Assembly: GCA_051294905.1 (NCBI GenBank)
Contig: CM119372.1
Span: 25,732,001-25,796,000, forward strand
Reading direction: 5' to 3'
Length of the DNA: 64,000 nt
Source of the DNA: Botryllus schlosseri
Lineage: Eukaryota
Position 1 is the stretch's first letter, and each line of letters opens with the position of its first letter. The notes beneath the pieces were generated by a model. It was not told where the DNA came from. It saw nothing but the letters and a program-made list of their open reading frames with translations, and ran no database searches. Below, piece after piece: positions 10,781 to 25,066 of the stretch. Position numbers and translations under genes: made by a program.

Positions 10781-13210
10781 TAGGGTTGTTCAGAATTGAT
10801 CGACTTTCAAAATGTCGTGGTTTTCAGTCCGATTCCCATGCCTTATACCATAAAAACATATTCTAGGTACTTTTTTTCGTAATTCATCCCTTGCATCCGT
10901 GTGCACATTGAGCTGGAAGAATATCGTCTAAAAATAGGGGATTCCCCTAAAATTTGAGTGTCGCTATTCGGACTAGGCTAGTAAAACATCATATATAAGC
11001 TGGTTTTATGTAGCTATTGCGGTTGGAGTGCTACTTAACCTCACTATAGAAAGTATTGTCAGTTCAGGACACCATTTTCATGTCCCACACTGCCTTAGAA
11101 CTCCTCAAAACTGCCTAAGACTGATTGTCATTTTGTTGGATCACCTATCCTACACTCCTCAACCCTACCCGAGATTGTTCATCAATTGCCGGGATCACCA
11201 CGTGCAAGAATACAACTGTAAATGGAACAGCCACATTATAAACATCACATTGTTCAAAGGAAACGAAACAAAAAGGCAAAGAAACAGATCAACTTGGCAA
11301 ATACTACTTAAATCAGGTCCGGATGAAATGGTTGCTTTAGAGAAATCGGCATATCTGTTCCCGTTATCTTCCACGGCTTGTAAGAGGCTCGCTCGCTGTT
11401 CTTTGTCATCTGTTTTGAAAGCATCAAAGTCGGTATTCAATTTGACCAAACGCTCTGCTGCGCCGTTAACTATTTCAACGCTACTCACAAATTCTTGAGC
11501 AGTCACGAAATGCGAATCAGTATGCCATTCCGAAACTGGAAGACTAAACCATGTATAGCATGGAATAGAAACCATGATTCCGGTTTAATTAAAGCAACCA
11601 TACTCATTGACTCAGAGACAGAGTCAGAGATTAGACTCAGAGGTATAGCCTACCTCTGCGAAATTGTTCAAGGATTGGCATTTGCAGCAATTTAGCAGCC
11701 ATCGCTTCCTTCACTTTGTCAGGAATCTTTGGTTTAGCCGAGAACATTGTTGATACCACCGTTTCCTCGGTGAGATGCCAATGATGTTCTCGCATCTTTT
11801 TATATGCCACATCAGCAACTGTGAAATCGCACAATGAAAAGTCTGTCATGCCATGAAGGAATTTGAGATCAATATACTGTGCGTCACATGCATTACCAGT
11901 TTTCAACCAAGCTGGGACATAAAACAGGGCAACCTTCTAATGAACTCTTCAGAATAGCCGATTTGCTCTCTCCACATGAACATTTTTGCAGCACTTGACT
12001 CATCCATCCAGTGCTATTAGTAGCACCAGGCTTGCGAAAACGATTATCAATATATTGGGCAGCTACAATCGCCAAGGTGCCTGTTGCACATTCTCTGTAG
12101 TCATTTATTATCAAGACTTCTTTCTGCTTTCCATTATATGGCTTCATCAGTGGAATTATTTCTTGCTTAGCTTCATCAGTTTTGATCGCCAACCAGCTGC
12201 ATTCATCAAACTGAAGTGTTTTAGAGCTTCTTAATTGATCAACATCTTTCCACTTCTTGGAAGGTATTAAAATCTGTGTTTTCAGGGCCCGTGGTCGCAG
12301 ATCCAAACACACTTCACTTCCAGACTTCCCCGGATCACTAGTTCATAAATATGATGGCCACAAGCAGAAGTAGAAAGTAGAAAACTTTCCTGTTTATCAA
12401 TTCTTCAAGTAACAGAACCGCACCTTTATTTTTTCCATTGTTTGAGGGTGTTGTGTCAAACACAAGAGCTCTGACATTATTTGTTAAATTATAAAGTTCC
12501 AGCAGTTCAAATGACAGATCAGCCTGTGCTTTTCCTGTAGCACTCTCCAGAGTTCGATTGCCAAGAAGTTTGCCTTTCTCAAATGCGTTGGAATACGCAG
12601 ACTATGCCAGCACTGCCAAGGCCTCAAATTTCCCTCCGAAACGACTTCTAGTGAGCTTTGCATCCCAGTGCAATGCAAAGGGCCAAGTTGATCTGTTTCT
12701 TTGCCTTTTTGTTTCGTTTCCTTTGAACAATGTGATGTTCATAATGTGGCTGTGAGTGAATGATACATTTACAGTTGTATTCTTGCACGTGGTGATCCCG
12801 GCAATTGATGAACAATCTCGGGTAGGGTTGCGGAGTGTAGGATAGGTGATCCAACAAAATGACTATCAGTCTTAGGCAGTTTTGAGGAGTTCTAAGACAG
12901 TGTGGGACATGAAAATGGTGTCCTGAACTGACAATACTTTCTATAGTGAGGTTATGTAGCACTCCAACCGCAATAGCTACATAAAACCAGCTTATATATG
13001 ACGTTTTACTAGCCTAGTCCGAATAGCGACACTCAAATTTTAGGGGAATCCCGCTATTTTTATCCGATATTCTTCCAGCTCAATGTGCACACGGATGCAA
13101 GGGATGAATTACGAAAAAAAGTACCTAGAATATGTTTTTATGGTATAAGGCATGGGAATCGGACTGAAAACCACGACATTTTGAAAGTCGATCAATTCTG
13201 AACAACCCTA
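10781..13210 (-). mobile_element. hATm-like DNA transposon with ~520-bp TIRs and 6-bp TSD
   Basis: TIRs 10781-11298 and 12682-13210 (TAGGGTTGTTCAGAATTG...) near-identical; AGACAC directly flanks both ends. Confidence 0.9.
11299..12681 (-). pseudogene. degenerate hATm-type transposase core (N-terminus missing; stops and frameshifts)
   Basis: collinear motifs LHWDAK, ALVFDTTPSNNG, DYRE...FRKPGA..GWM, HHWHLTEE, VNGAAERLVKL..DF..DDKEQRASLLQAVE. Confidence 0.85.
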
Positions 13211-13430
13211 AGACACCTCTGCAATGTCAGATTTCCAGGTTAAAATATTCCATATCTATAGTTAATTCCGTTTTAGATCGGTGACTGTTGAATATACAGA
13301 AACCATATGAACCAGAAAGCATCTCATATCCCCGATAATTAGCTCAAGAATTACTCCGGTAATGAAATTTATTCAAGATATATGAAGGCTGCAATATATG
13401 GAACCATAATTCGATGAATATCATTTAATT

Positions 13431-14170
13431 CAGTGGTTCCCAACCTTTTTGGATATCGGAGCCGCATTTCAAACTTCAGAGTACGGATGGAGCCGCATGA
13501 AAACACTCGAGAAGATTACTTATAACGAAAATTTAAAGGCAGTTGGCCTACCTCTGGATCTCACCATCCAGCCAATTCAAAAGCATGCACGTTGCACAAA
13601 TGCACATAGACCTTCTATATATTCTATATAGGTTACTTTAGCATTGATAGACGCAGATTGGCGAGTGCTATACATTTAAATAAACTGAAAATGCATATCA
13701 TTACTACAACATGCGATTATGTAGGCCTACTTGTGTGATAGCTCTTCATACATTCCAGCGCTTAATGCACCAGTTTTCGGGGAATTATACACTGAGTAAT
13801 ATTGGACTTATTGCAATTTATACTTGACTATGAGTTGTTATTTTGATATTAGTAAAATTGTGACGACGTTTACACTCCACAGAGACAATATATAAAGGTC
13901 TATGACCAGCAGAACTTATCCATGCCTTTGATGCTAGTATGTAAGAATGATCTTTCCCGCTTTTCAGAAGCGGCCTTGGACGGCTTTAGACATAACTAAT
14001 ATCCCTCATTTTAGCATTCATATACAGAAATTGACTATAGCTATTCATTGAAACAAACATCAACTGTCGTCTGCTATATTTTGTGGCATATTTATAGAGG
14101 TCTATCAGAGCCGCAGGAAGGCATCCTTGTAGCTGCATGCGGCTCTGAGAGCCGCGGTTGGGAATCACTG
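13431..14170. mobile_element. hAT (Charlie/Buster-type) MITE
   Basis: CAGTGGTTCCCAACC / GGTTGGGAATCACTG TIRs; perfect TSD ATTTAATT. Confidence 0.92.
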
Positions 14171-16545
14171 ATTTAATTTGTTGGTTGACCAAATCAATGA
14201 TACATCAAGCCATCACATAAAGATTGACCTGGCCACAGTGAAAGCATATTTTGTATTTGGTACTGTATCTGGTATTTGTAATTTCAACAGGCTTACCACA
14301 GTAACAAAATGTTTTCATAAGACGTTTATCCTGGTTCGTATATTTCAGCATTATTTTCGTGTCAACAGCTTATATGACCAACTATCCAACATATTTCACA
14401 AAAAGGTTACTCACAATTGGTATACATAAGTACCTCAACTCATGATTTTTCAGTTGTGGCCATACAAGAGATCGATCCTCGAGTGAACCAACATGATTAA
14501 ATAAGTGATATAGAAATTTATATCAAAATCATATCTTCAGTTATGGGCAGAGTTGGTTGGTTGTAAAAAAGTACTACTACATTTAAGAAGTACTCAAGGT
14601 GGTTTTGCATATTCGCACTTGCTCAAATAGTTATATTAGACTATTCCACTTCCTCTTCTAGGCCTACTTAACATTTTTTAAACAGAACTAAACAGTTTCC
14701 GAAGAGACCAGAAATTGCTGTTGTTATTCAGGTGAACAGAAGTGCAGTCACGTGTTTCGCAGTAAACAGACACCATTTTGCCTGCTTTTGAGTTGAATTT
14801 TCGCAGAAACATTTGTGACTAAATTTACAGTACATGATGAGCCATGAATCGATACTTAATAAACATGTGGGCCACAGGCCAAAAGAGTTCGCGAACCCCT
14901 GTAATATAGATAGCTACTATTGTCATTGACTTATTAGTTATTACCCCATGCACTGAATTGTTATGCACTATGGAATCCCGTTCAGACTGTCGTACATACA
15001 GTTGGCTACAAATATTTCCCACGACAAAGAGAAAGCGGAACGCGCTGGCCTTCTAGATATCTACTGCTATTAAAAAGAGGAATCGAATCCTACTTACCTG
15101 AGGTAAACATATTTGGTTTGAGCTTCATTATAAAAATCGACCATGCCCATGAACATTCCACGAGAGAAATTGTGGACGTGGTGGCGTAATATTCTTAGGA
15201 AGTTGGAAATGTAAAATACGACAACGAAAATCGCCCACTTGAAAGCCATGATGCTTGTAGTGATGTATAACTGACTGCGAATGACATTATAGAATAATTG
15301 TGACGGGAAGGTAGTCTTTGTGACATCACAAAACCCATTTAAAATACGGTAAATATCGAGCACAGGCTAGTTTGAGAATAGACCCCAATAAGGAAACCAA
15401 TTCTTGCAGGTGCATCATCACTAGCGTTCGAGTCGTACTCAGTATTATAGTAATACACGTCTCTTTATCCAAACAGAACAAGTTTGAGTTAGAGAACTGA
15501 AATTAATTGGTAAAGATACATCATATAGTTGCTGTTTATTAATTAAAACAAAATATGCTGGTGATCACATCACGATTCTATTTGCGTCTAAGTCTATTTG
15601 CGGGTCGTTCAAATTCAGTTAAACACTGTATTTGATTTCTGCAACCTCGAGTTAACAATATAAATATAAAAGAATCTGTCATCCGGTATGCTACCATAAG
15701 TAGCGATACGGTATATCAATGCTAGAGCCGTCCCGGCATGTATGCTTCAAACATGCCGATTCAAAAGTACTGTTATAAAACGATTTCTACTGGTAGAGTA
15801 GTAGCAATAACCAAACGCGGACAATATGGATAAGCAAACCTAACTATAAGCTGCCTCCAGATATCGACTCAGACTGTCAAATTACAAATAACTAACCTAC
15901 GTAGGTTACTTATCTAGAGTCAAGTCGGATACACTTCTTCGTGCACTTATATGGCTACTCGGAGGACTCCTTCCTCTCGTTTCACTGAAATGCAATTTAT
16001 GTAGTATCTGGAATTGAAAAGAAAACGAACTTGATCACTCACTCAACCAAAAGTAAAGCTGACACGGTATACTATGTACAATCATCTAGCGACACATTTT
16101 AATCTTCCAGAGTTCAATATCACACTGTTGAATTGTTACATTCTTATGTTCTTCAAGGCTTCATCATATTCGTCGTCATCGTCATCCCCAAACTCGAAAA
16201 TGCTTACAGAATCTCGATGGTATATTGTTTTGGTTTGCGTAAACTGCGGAGATCTGGAACATGTCGCTTGATTCCACCTTGTAAGCGACGAGATGTACGT
16301 TAGACTTAGGACTAGGCTACCTTCTATCGCAGTAGCGCGAGAATTGATAAACATCGTTGCTATCTCCTGATGTCGGAAGCATATCGTTAGTGGTTGAACG
16401 TGAAAGCGTTTCGACGAATAGAAACGTCATATTGTAGCATTTTGATTTTCGATGCGACAGATTTAACTTCATCTCAAATTTTGTTGAGCCGTCCCATCAC
16501 ATCTCCAATATCAATGGCAATTGTAAATAGGCCTTCATTAGGCGC

Positions 16546-19507
16546 CAGTGTTGGGATCAAGTCACTACCTTCGAGTCACGAGTCATTTCGAGTCATTGCA
16601 CATTTTGACTCGAGTCAAGTCAAGTCAATCGATTTTCAAAGGTGACTCGAGTCAAGTCAAGTCACTCGATTTTTGGAGGTGACTCGAGTCAAGTCGAGTC
16701 AAGTCAAGTCAAGTCACGAGTCAAGTCACATTTCAAGTCAAGTTGCCTTTTCGAAGTATGAGGCATGATTACGTCATTGCAATTTGCTAGCTGTCTGAAA
16801 TACAGATTGAGTAGTCATTAATCCCGCACCGATAAACGAGTTAAATGTACTTGCAAGAAGACGCTATATCGCTCACATATACGTAGAACTGACGTATTTG
16901 CATAGCCTCAGTTTATGGTTACCAGCCAATATAGAGAATAGACAAACGAATTGATTAGATGCAACACATTTCCCATTTACAAATTGATGATACAATTCGA
17001 GCCTGCGCCAATGGTTGAGAACTATATAAACTGTATTCGATTTCAATAAGACAAGAGGTTTGGTTAAGGTAAGAACAGAGAACAGAAATATACATTTCGC
17101 TATTTTATTACTTTAGTACTCGAGTTACGGCAACGTAAGCTGTAAGCTTCGATCATTTCGTTTGCGGTTAATTTATTTGTGAGAGAACAATCGAGACTCA
17201 GTGAAACGCACAATATTTGAATGATTATTCGCTCTCACGGGTTACACCAGTGTTTCGAGAACAATCCGAATATATGCAAGCCAGTGGCGGCTCGTGACAA
17301 TATCGGGTGGTGGGGCAAGGGCTGCAAGCGACTTTTTATCAAGATGACGTCACAATGGAGTTTTCCAACGTAAACAAGTAACTTATTGGTACGAACTACG
17401 GTAACACGAATTTCCCGACAACAGTGATGTAACGTATGTGCCGCGACCCCGCGAGAGGTCTGCCGGTGAGCTGTGACTTGAAGTGTGGTAACTGCGTAAA
17501 CGGCGTACGGAACAAAGATTTCACACGGCTCGTGTTCGTACTATACCTGACTTGACTAATTATCTGCAGAAATGGAAATGACTATAACTCGAGGGATTGC
17601 GTAAGCCTAGCTGGAAAGGTCAACGAGCTCGGACACATACGCAATTGTTATCTCATAGATTAGACAATGTCATATTGAATCCAAAACATAATTCTGAAGA
17701 ACTACGGATAGCAGTCTCGGAAATTCGGTCCCGATACAGCATAGGAGATATTTTGGCCTTGATGCTGGAGACTGTCACACGACACATACGGCTTACGGTC
17801 TATATGTCTGCTGCAAAATCGCCTTTGGAAAATATATTACCGAATAAATACGTGGATGAAAGCCGAAAACTTGGTACACTGTTACATGAAATCAACGAGA
17901 AGTAGCCTCATGACCGTTTTCGGTATGGTACACTGTCAAAATTAATACAAACAGACCAACACCGAATTTTGCGTAAAATTTACTGAGGAATAGGCTTATC
18001 ATTGATCAAGCGATCAGCTGTTAGCCGCCATCGAAAACGAAACAGCTATCGCGCTTGACAGGGGTTGTAATTGTAAGCAAATGGCCTGAAGGCCACAATT
18101 TCACGGTCAAAATTGACATTGGAGAATATAAAATAAAAGCAAATATTTGAATGCAAACCGAGGATGTTAGTAAACTGTTTCATGATATCATCATCTCATC
18201 ACTTATCTCAGTATGGAACACAGTTAGCGTTAACACAGATACGGCGACTTTTGCGTGAAATCCGCAATGCGTTAGGTAGGCTAAGTGTCAGATCAGCGCA
18301 CATCTTTAACATACTCGACCTTGATAACGAAATTGCTGCCCTAATCATTGAGTGCCAACCTTGAGACTTGGCACAGCGTTCGATACTAAAATCAAGACAT
18401 ACCATGCAAAAGCTCATGACGGATCTAGGTAAGGAGCATCGTTAAAATCAATGGAGACCAATACCGGCTTTGCGTAAAATATGTTTGCGATAAATGACGA
18501 GTCAGCTCTCACTCGACTTAGGAAACGAAATTACCACTAACACAGTACAGTGACAAACTTGAAGCTTGGTACCGCGTTGAATACTAACATTAAGACTTAC
18601 CGTACCAAATGTCATGACCGATCTCGGTATGGAACATCGTCAAAATCAATGGATACCAATACCGGCATTTGAGTAAAATCTGTTTGCGATACATGACGAA
18701 TCAGCACACACTCAACTTCGGAAACGGAATTACTACCCTAAACTTTAAGTAGAAACCCCGAAACTTGGGACAATGTTAAATACCACCATCACGACATGAC
18801 ATACCAAGTTTCAAGAATTATCATGGTGTGAAACACCATCAAAATCGACCTATACCAGCAAAGGTCGACTAAACGCATATGACGGTAACCGAGTTCAGAT
18901 GTAGATACGATTGTTACATCACACCTTAAGGGCGAGCAGGCTATGTTGCCCCGGTTGCTCGGTCATTTTATGAATAGGAGAGAGTAAATCACTGTTTCTT
19001 TATTGTGCGCAGCTTTGAGAGAATAGACAGTGAAAGCTTGTTATGAGCGCTACCGGGGCATGCCCCGGCTAGGCATTTGCAAAGCGAAAACACGGAAGAG
19101 AATTCGATTTTCGCAGAGACTTCGCTATATATATGGGCATTTACAAGCGAAAGGACAAGAAGAATACGATTTTTGCTGTGATTTCGGTATATATAGATTG
19201 CTGTGCGTCTATAAATGGTAAAGAACTGTTATTGAACAGAATTTTAGGTGGGGCAATGCCCCAGTTGCCCTATAGGACGAGCCGCCACTGCAAGATACAG
19301 TGATCTTTATCAACACCGATTACTTGATGACTTGAAATCGACTCGTGAATTTTGATCCGAGTCACGAGTCAATCCACATTTCTGATACGCCGAGTCAAGT
19401 CAAGTCAAGTCATTTTAGCAAAGTGACTCGAGTCAAGTCAAGTCATGCGCAAAAGGTGACTCGAGTCTGACTCGAGTCAAGTCATGACTCGAGTCATCCC
19501 AACACTG
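16546..19507. mobile_element. hAT non-autonomous element with GACTCGAGTC/CAAGT subterminal arrays; hosts 17282-19290
   Basis: TIR CAGTGTTGGGAT / ATCCCAACACTG; perfect TSD TTAGGCGC. Confidence 0.92.
17282..19290. mobile_element. hAT non-autonomous element, CAGTGGCGGCTCGT family, copy 1, with internal ~200-bp degenerate repeats
   Basis: TIR CAGTGGCGGCTCGT / ACGAGCCGCCACTG; TSD only partly retained (CAAG); homologous to 21872-25066 in inverted orientation. Confidence 0.9.
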
Positions 19508-20097
19508 TTAGGCGCATTTGAACGGAGTAAATATAACGTCTGGTTGTAAAATTGATGTAATTATAACCAAACGCTCCTTCCCACCTGACAAAATTGAAAA
19601 TATTTGTAGTGTAGCTTAGCTGCTTGCTCGAACAAATGATTAAGAAAGACTGCAAGTCCTTGAATACTTGACTAAGTGCATGTAGACTAGACACATGCTA
19701 TTTGACTACTTCCTAAATTTCGTTTATGACCAATGTCTATTAGTAGTGACAGTGTGTGTGCTTGTAATCAGTACAGTGTGTAATGAGAAAATTAGTAAGT
19801 TGCATCTCTGTATTAGTTAGTGACTCATACACAAGAGCAAAACTTCGATTGTTTTATCTACACTTAAATTATACAGGATGGGATATGTGTCGTGTTTGAA
19901 TGTTTCATACATATTATGTTATTAGAGAGTCCATGTTATAAAATCTTATAAAATATGAAAAAAGGAAAATAAATTTAGAAAGGCAATCTTTCATGTTAAT
20001 TGCATAGTGAATAATGTTTGCATATGTTTAATCGTTATATGATAGTCATTTAACCGTCACTGTGGCATATAATTTTCGAAGTAAATTGGTAATACTG

Positions 20098-20220
20098 TTG
20101 GAGTCAGAGTCGGTACGTTTAAAGACCCAGGAGTCGGAGTCGGAGTCGGTCCATTGAAAATGTGTGGAGTCGGAGTCGGAGTTCGAGTCGGTGGTAAAAT
20201 TTACCGACTCCGCAGCCCTG
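20098..20220. mobile_element. right end of a hAT MITE with GGAGTC repeats
   Basis: (GGAGTC)n clusters ending in CCGACTCCGCAGCCCTG; left end not found. Confidence 0.6.
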
Positions 20221-20608
20221 GCGTCAACCCACCGCTCCCGAGCCGCATGCGTGTCTTTCATGCTTTCATATCTGTGTTGGCACTGATGTAGATAATCTTT
20301 CTTTAACTCAAAACGTCCCGGCCTCTGAAGAAACCCGAATCATGATTTCAGAATAATGAACCAAATTACAACGTTCGCATCTACAGTTAAATCTCTTGTA
20401 TTCCTCACTAGGGTTGCACTTAAAACAAAAATCAATATAAAGCAAACATGTTTAAAACATGGTTTTTAAGCATGACGTCATCAATCTTTAATTGTGGCGT
20501 CACAATGGATTGAGATTGGCCATTGAAAATATAGGGTAAATACGGCTCCTTCGACGAAAAGGGTTTCCGGCCACTGTCATAAGCTGACCAAAGATGTTAT
20601 ATTTAACC

Positions 20609-20850
20609 ATAGTGTCCTATATGGTGTGGACACAGCGAGACGGAACGGCTCACTGCATTTGGGTTATGTCATACTTTTCATTTGACCAAAGGCAACTTTA
20701 CGGGCCTTTTTGACCGGCTTGCCGAGCGCTAAAATCGATAAAACGGGTATCAATGGAAAGCTACTGCTATACTGATTACGAAAATATAGATTTTATTCTG
20801 CTCATGGTCCTGGAACCCCCCAAAATCAGCATAGAATTTTGCGTTGTGAT
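20609..20850 (+). mobile_element. terminal fragment of an ATAGTGTCCTATATGG-family repeat
   Basis: reverse-complement homology to ~48585-48823. Confidence 0.65.
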
Positions 20851-21871
20851 CAATCATCAATTTTGGCCAATTCCGTTGTTTGCGAATAAAGGTTGCCATG
20901 TGGTCCGTATTATAATGTGTAGCAGGGGCGGGCAACATACGGCCCGCGGAGAGTTTTCCGTCTTACATGATAGTGTGGTCCGTGGCCCCAGTCTGCCGAG
21001 ATTTCTCACTACTTGCTTACTACGTCCAATTTTAGTGACTGTATATGTTATGATATAGCCTACGTGTATGCGCAGCGTGCGAGAGTGGAGCTTACGCGTA
21101 AGTAGCCTACGTCGATGCGAGAAGACTTGCATTATCGGCATTTACGATGTAACAAGAGGACAAATCCTCTTAAAAGAGGACGTATGGTAACCCTAGTAAG
21201 ACACCGCTTGTACCGACGGTCGCCAACTCAAAACGGGTCGCGGGCCACTTTTCAAATTTCGTAGAGACGCGGACCGCATTAATTCAATATCGAGATTGTT
21301 GAACAACGGCGCTATCTCGTCACCTACTCAACCCCAATGAATTGATATCTTGGTAAATTAGGGGTACCGGGATTATCTAACGCCTTGAAATCTTAATTAA
21401 GGATTGCTCCGTGTGTTGATTGATCAGATAGAAGCAGAGATGGGGCGCATGTATGACAATGCTATTATAGAAATTAAACATGGAACGGCAACGACCGATT
21501 TTGCAGCTTCGTTCCGCTTCGTCGAGGCTGGAGTAGAGAATTGTTTTGCGAAAGCGACTGTAGGATTTCTGGCAATCCAAAAGCTATCTTCCCGAGCGCA
21601 GAAATTATTGAATCTGGTCTTGATCGAAAGCTACTGTTGCACCGATTCCGAAAATTGATCAGGCACTGATCCACCTAGAATCTGTCCTCCAAGTCTGAAA
21701 TATCGGCATTGTTGAGAACGATCGAGTAACTCAACACAATGGCCATAACAATGACCCGTTGCGACTCTCCGATTGTTCGAACAATGCCGATATTTGAGAC
21801 TTGGAGGACGGATTCTAGGTGGATCAGTGCCTGATCATTATTTTAATTTATATTTTCGGAATCGGTGCAAC

Positions 21872-24800
21872 CAGTGGCGGCTCGTCCTATAGGGCAACTG
21901 GGGCATTGCCCCACCTAAAATTCTGTTCAATAACAATTTAACCATTTATAGACGCACAGCAATCAATATATACCGAGATCACAGCGAAACCCGCGTTCTT
22001 CTTGTGCTTTCGCTTGCAAACGCCCATACATAGCGAAGTCTCTGCGAAAATCGAATTCTCTTCTGTGTTTTCGCTTTGTGAATGCCTAGCCGGGGCTTGC
22101 CCCGGTAGCGCTCATAACAAGCTTTCACTATCTATTCTCTCAAAGCCGCGCACAATAAAGAAACGGTGATTTACTCTCTCCTATTCGTAAAATGGCCGAG
22201 CAACCGGGGCAAATATGCCTACTCGCCCTTAAGGTGTGATGTAACAATCGTATCTATATCTGAACTCGGTTACCGTAATATGCGTTGAGTCGACCTTTGC
22301 TGGTATAGGTCGATTTTGACGGTGTTTCGCACCATGATAATTCTTGAAACTTGGTATGATATGTCGTGAAGGTAGTATTTAACACTGCTCCAAGTTTCAG
22401 GCTTGTCGAGTAAGAGCTGACTCTTCATTTATCGCCAACAAATTTACGCAAAAGCCGTTATTGGTCTCTATTGATTTTAACGATGTTCCATACCTAGATC
22501 TGTCATGAGCCTTCACACGGTATGTCTTGATTTTAGTATCGAACGCGGTGCCAAGTCTTAAAGTTGACACTCAATGATTGAGGCAGTTATTTCGTTTTCG
22601 AGGTCGAGTATGGTAGAGATGCGCGCTGTTCTGATACTTAGCCTACCTACGTCATTGCGGATCTCACGCAAAAGCCGGTGTCGGTCTGTGCTAATCTATA
22701 GTCTGCGTTCCATAACGAGATCGGTGATGATATTTCCATGATGATCGCATGAAACAGCTAACCAAGATTCTCGGTTTGCATTCAAATATTCACATAATTT
22801 TATGTTCGCCAATGTCCATTTCACTGTGAAATTGTGGCCTTCAAACCATTTGCTTACAATCCCCTGTCAATTGCGATAGCTATTTCATTTTCGATGTCGG
22901 CTAACAGCTGATCATTCGATCAGCCTATTCCTCGATCTATTTTACTGAAAGTTCGGTGTTCGTCTGTTTACATTGATTTTGACAGTGTACCATACCGGAA
23001 TGGGTTATGAGATTGCGTATGCTACTTCTCGATGATTTCTTGTAACAGTATACTAAGTTACGGCTTTTATTCATGTATTTATATATTAATATATTTTCCA
23101 ACGGCGATTTCGCAGCAGACTTATAGACAGTAAGCCGTATGTGTTGTGTCACAGTCTCCAGTTTCAAGGCCAAAATGTCCTACGTTGTTCCGAGACCGAA
23201 GTTCCGAGGCTGCTGTCCTTAGTTTTTCAAAGCAGAGATGCCACTGAGATATTTTGGAAAAACCCAGATTTGGACGTTAAAAAAACCCAGAAAACCCAGA
23301 TCCTCTATTTCACTCAAATTTCTATGATATAGCTGTAAGACAATGACTGAGAGTCATCAATGACAGTTATACGGACATAGAAGAAGTTTTAGCCCTTGAT
23401 ATTGAAATCCCAACGACTCATTTCCGTACTATAATATGCATGTTGCTCAGTTTAATGAGCAAATCCATCGAAATATGATGTTTTCCTCTCGACACATTGC
23501 TACCAGGCATTCGGTATGGGGGGTCAATACGTAGTGTTTTATATATTCGTAATGTTAGTAACAATGCTAATCCCCATCTATGGTGAGGATGATTGTAGGG
23601 TAGTTCTAGTGACTGCTAGCTGACCAGATAGATTGGAATTAGCTTTCCATTCATTAAACCTGGGACAAACACTTTTATCTGGGATATTTAGTCGAAAAAG
23701 AAACTGCCAAATAATGAAATCAAGAGTACATTTGCATTTAACAAACCCCTCTCACTCTGAATAACTTGCCCGGTTGCCCAAAGTGTCTCTCTTTGAGTGT
23801 CCCTGTTAAAAGTGAATATGCTCTGATGTGAACATGGTAAATTAGTTAGATCAACAATTGGTCTTTCCATGTGCATGAATTGCATACTTTAGAGCAGTTA
23901 CATACTATTTACTGACAGCCAACGAATTTGTTGCAGCGCTACCGGTAGCATTCAAGTCCTAAATCAGAGTTGCCCTGTGAACATGACTTTCTGCGACCTA
24001 GTAGTCAGTATTTAACGAAGCTCTCTATCGCATCACGCCAAGACCTCTCATTTTAATAGTAAATGGGTCTCTTTGGACTCTGCCGTTTCAATCACAGTGG
24101 AATTTGCCGTTTCAATCACAATGGAATTCGTCGATATTAGAAGATCTTACTAATCTAACAATCAATTTTGCGCCGTAAAATTGACCTGACGAACATGATG
24201 TTGAAAAAAACCCAGATTTCAAGCACAAAAACCCAGAAACCCAGGTGATGCTCGAAAAACCCAGATCTGGGTGGAAAAACCCAGGAGTGGCATCTCTGCT
24301 TCAAAGACCATTCAAATTGATGTTCTGGATTCAATATGACAGGCCCAATCTATGAGATAACAATTGCGTATGTGTCCGAACTCGTTGACCTTTCCAGTTA
24401 GGCTTACGCAATCTCTCGAGTTCTGGTCATTGGAATTAGTCAGGTCAAGTCAAGTGCGAACATGAATCGTATTGAACCTTTATTCCGTACGTAGTTTACG
24501 CAGCTGCCTTTAGAGCGAAAATGAGAGGTCTAGAAGTTGTCCAGTCTATTGATCCAATCGTACGCCGGGTGCCTCCGCTTTGGTTGCCTATTATCACCTG
24601 GTCGTAACCAGAGATGGCCACAGTCCGGTTCAGGAGCCGGAGCAGGATTTCAATGTTTTTTTACCTGGCCGGACTGGATCCGGATTTCGAATTTGGGGTG
24701 ACGGTCGGATTTTAGGGTCTATCGATTTGCGTAATCTATAACTCTACCATGAAATCAAAACGCATGCTACTAAGGATGACCTGATACTTGATTCGTGGCA

Positions 24801-25066
24801 TAGGGACGATTCTTAGTTCACGTACATTTTGTAAAATAATCCTTTGATTAAAAATAAATGAATAAAACATTTGTTACCACACTTCAAGTCACGGCTCACC
24901 GGCAAACCTCTCGCGGCACCTACGTTAAAATCACTGTTGTCGGGAAATTCATGTGACCATCATAAAGTTACTTTTTTGCGTTGGAAAACGCCATTGTGAC
25001 GTCATGTTGATAAAAGTCGCTCGCAGCCCTTGCCCCACCACCCGATATTGTCACGAGCCGCCACTG
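21872..25066. mobile_element. CAGTGGCGGCTCGT-family hAT, copy 2
   Basis: both TIRs present; perfect TSD GGTGCAAC. Confidence 0.92.
23233..24298. mobile_element. hAT non-autonomous element with AAAACCCAGA subterminal repeats
   Basis: TIR CAGAGATGCCACT / AGTGGCATCTCTG; TSD TTTCAAAG / CTTCAAAG; absent from family copy 1 at 17282-19290. Confidence 0.88.

Noticed and set aside
11028..12962. Duplicated gene suggested by near-identical ORFs 11028-11498 (+) and 12648-12962 (-)
   Set aside because: Both are translations of the long TIRs of the hATm-like element
16136..16354. Acidic-tailed 72-aa ORF
   Set aside because: Short, no recognisable domain, surrounding frames full of stops; cannot be supported as a gene
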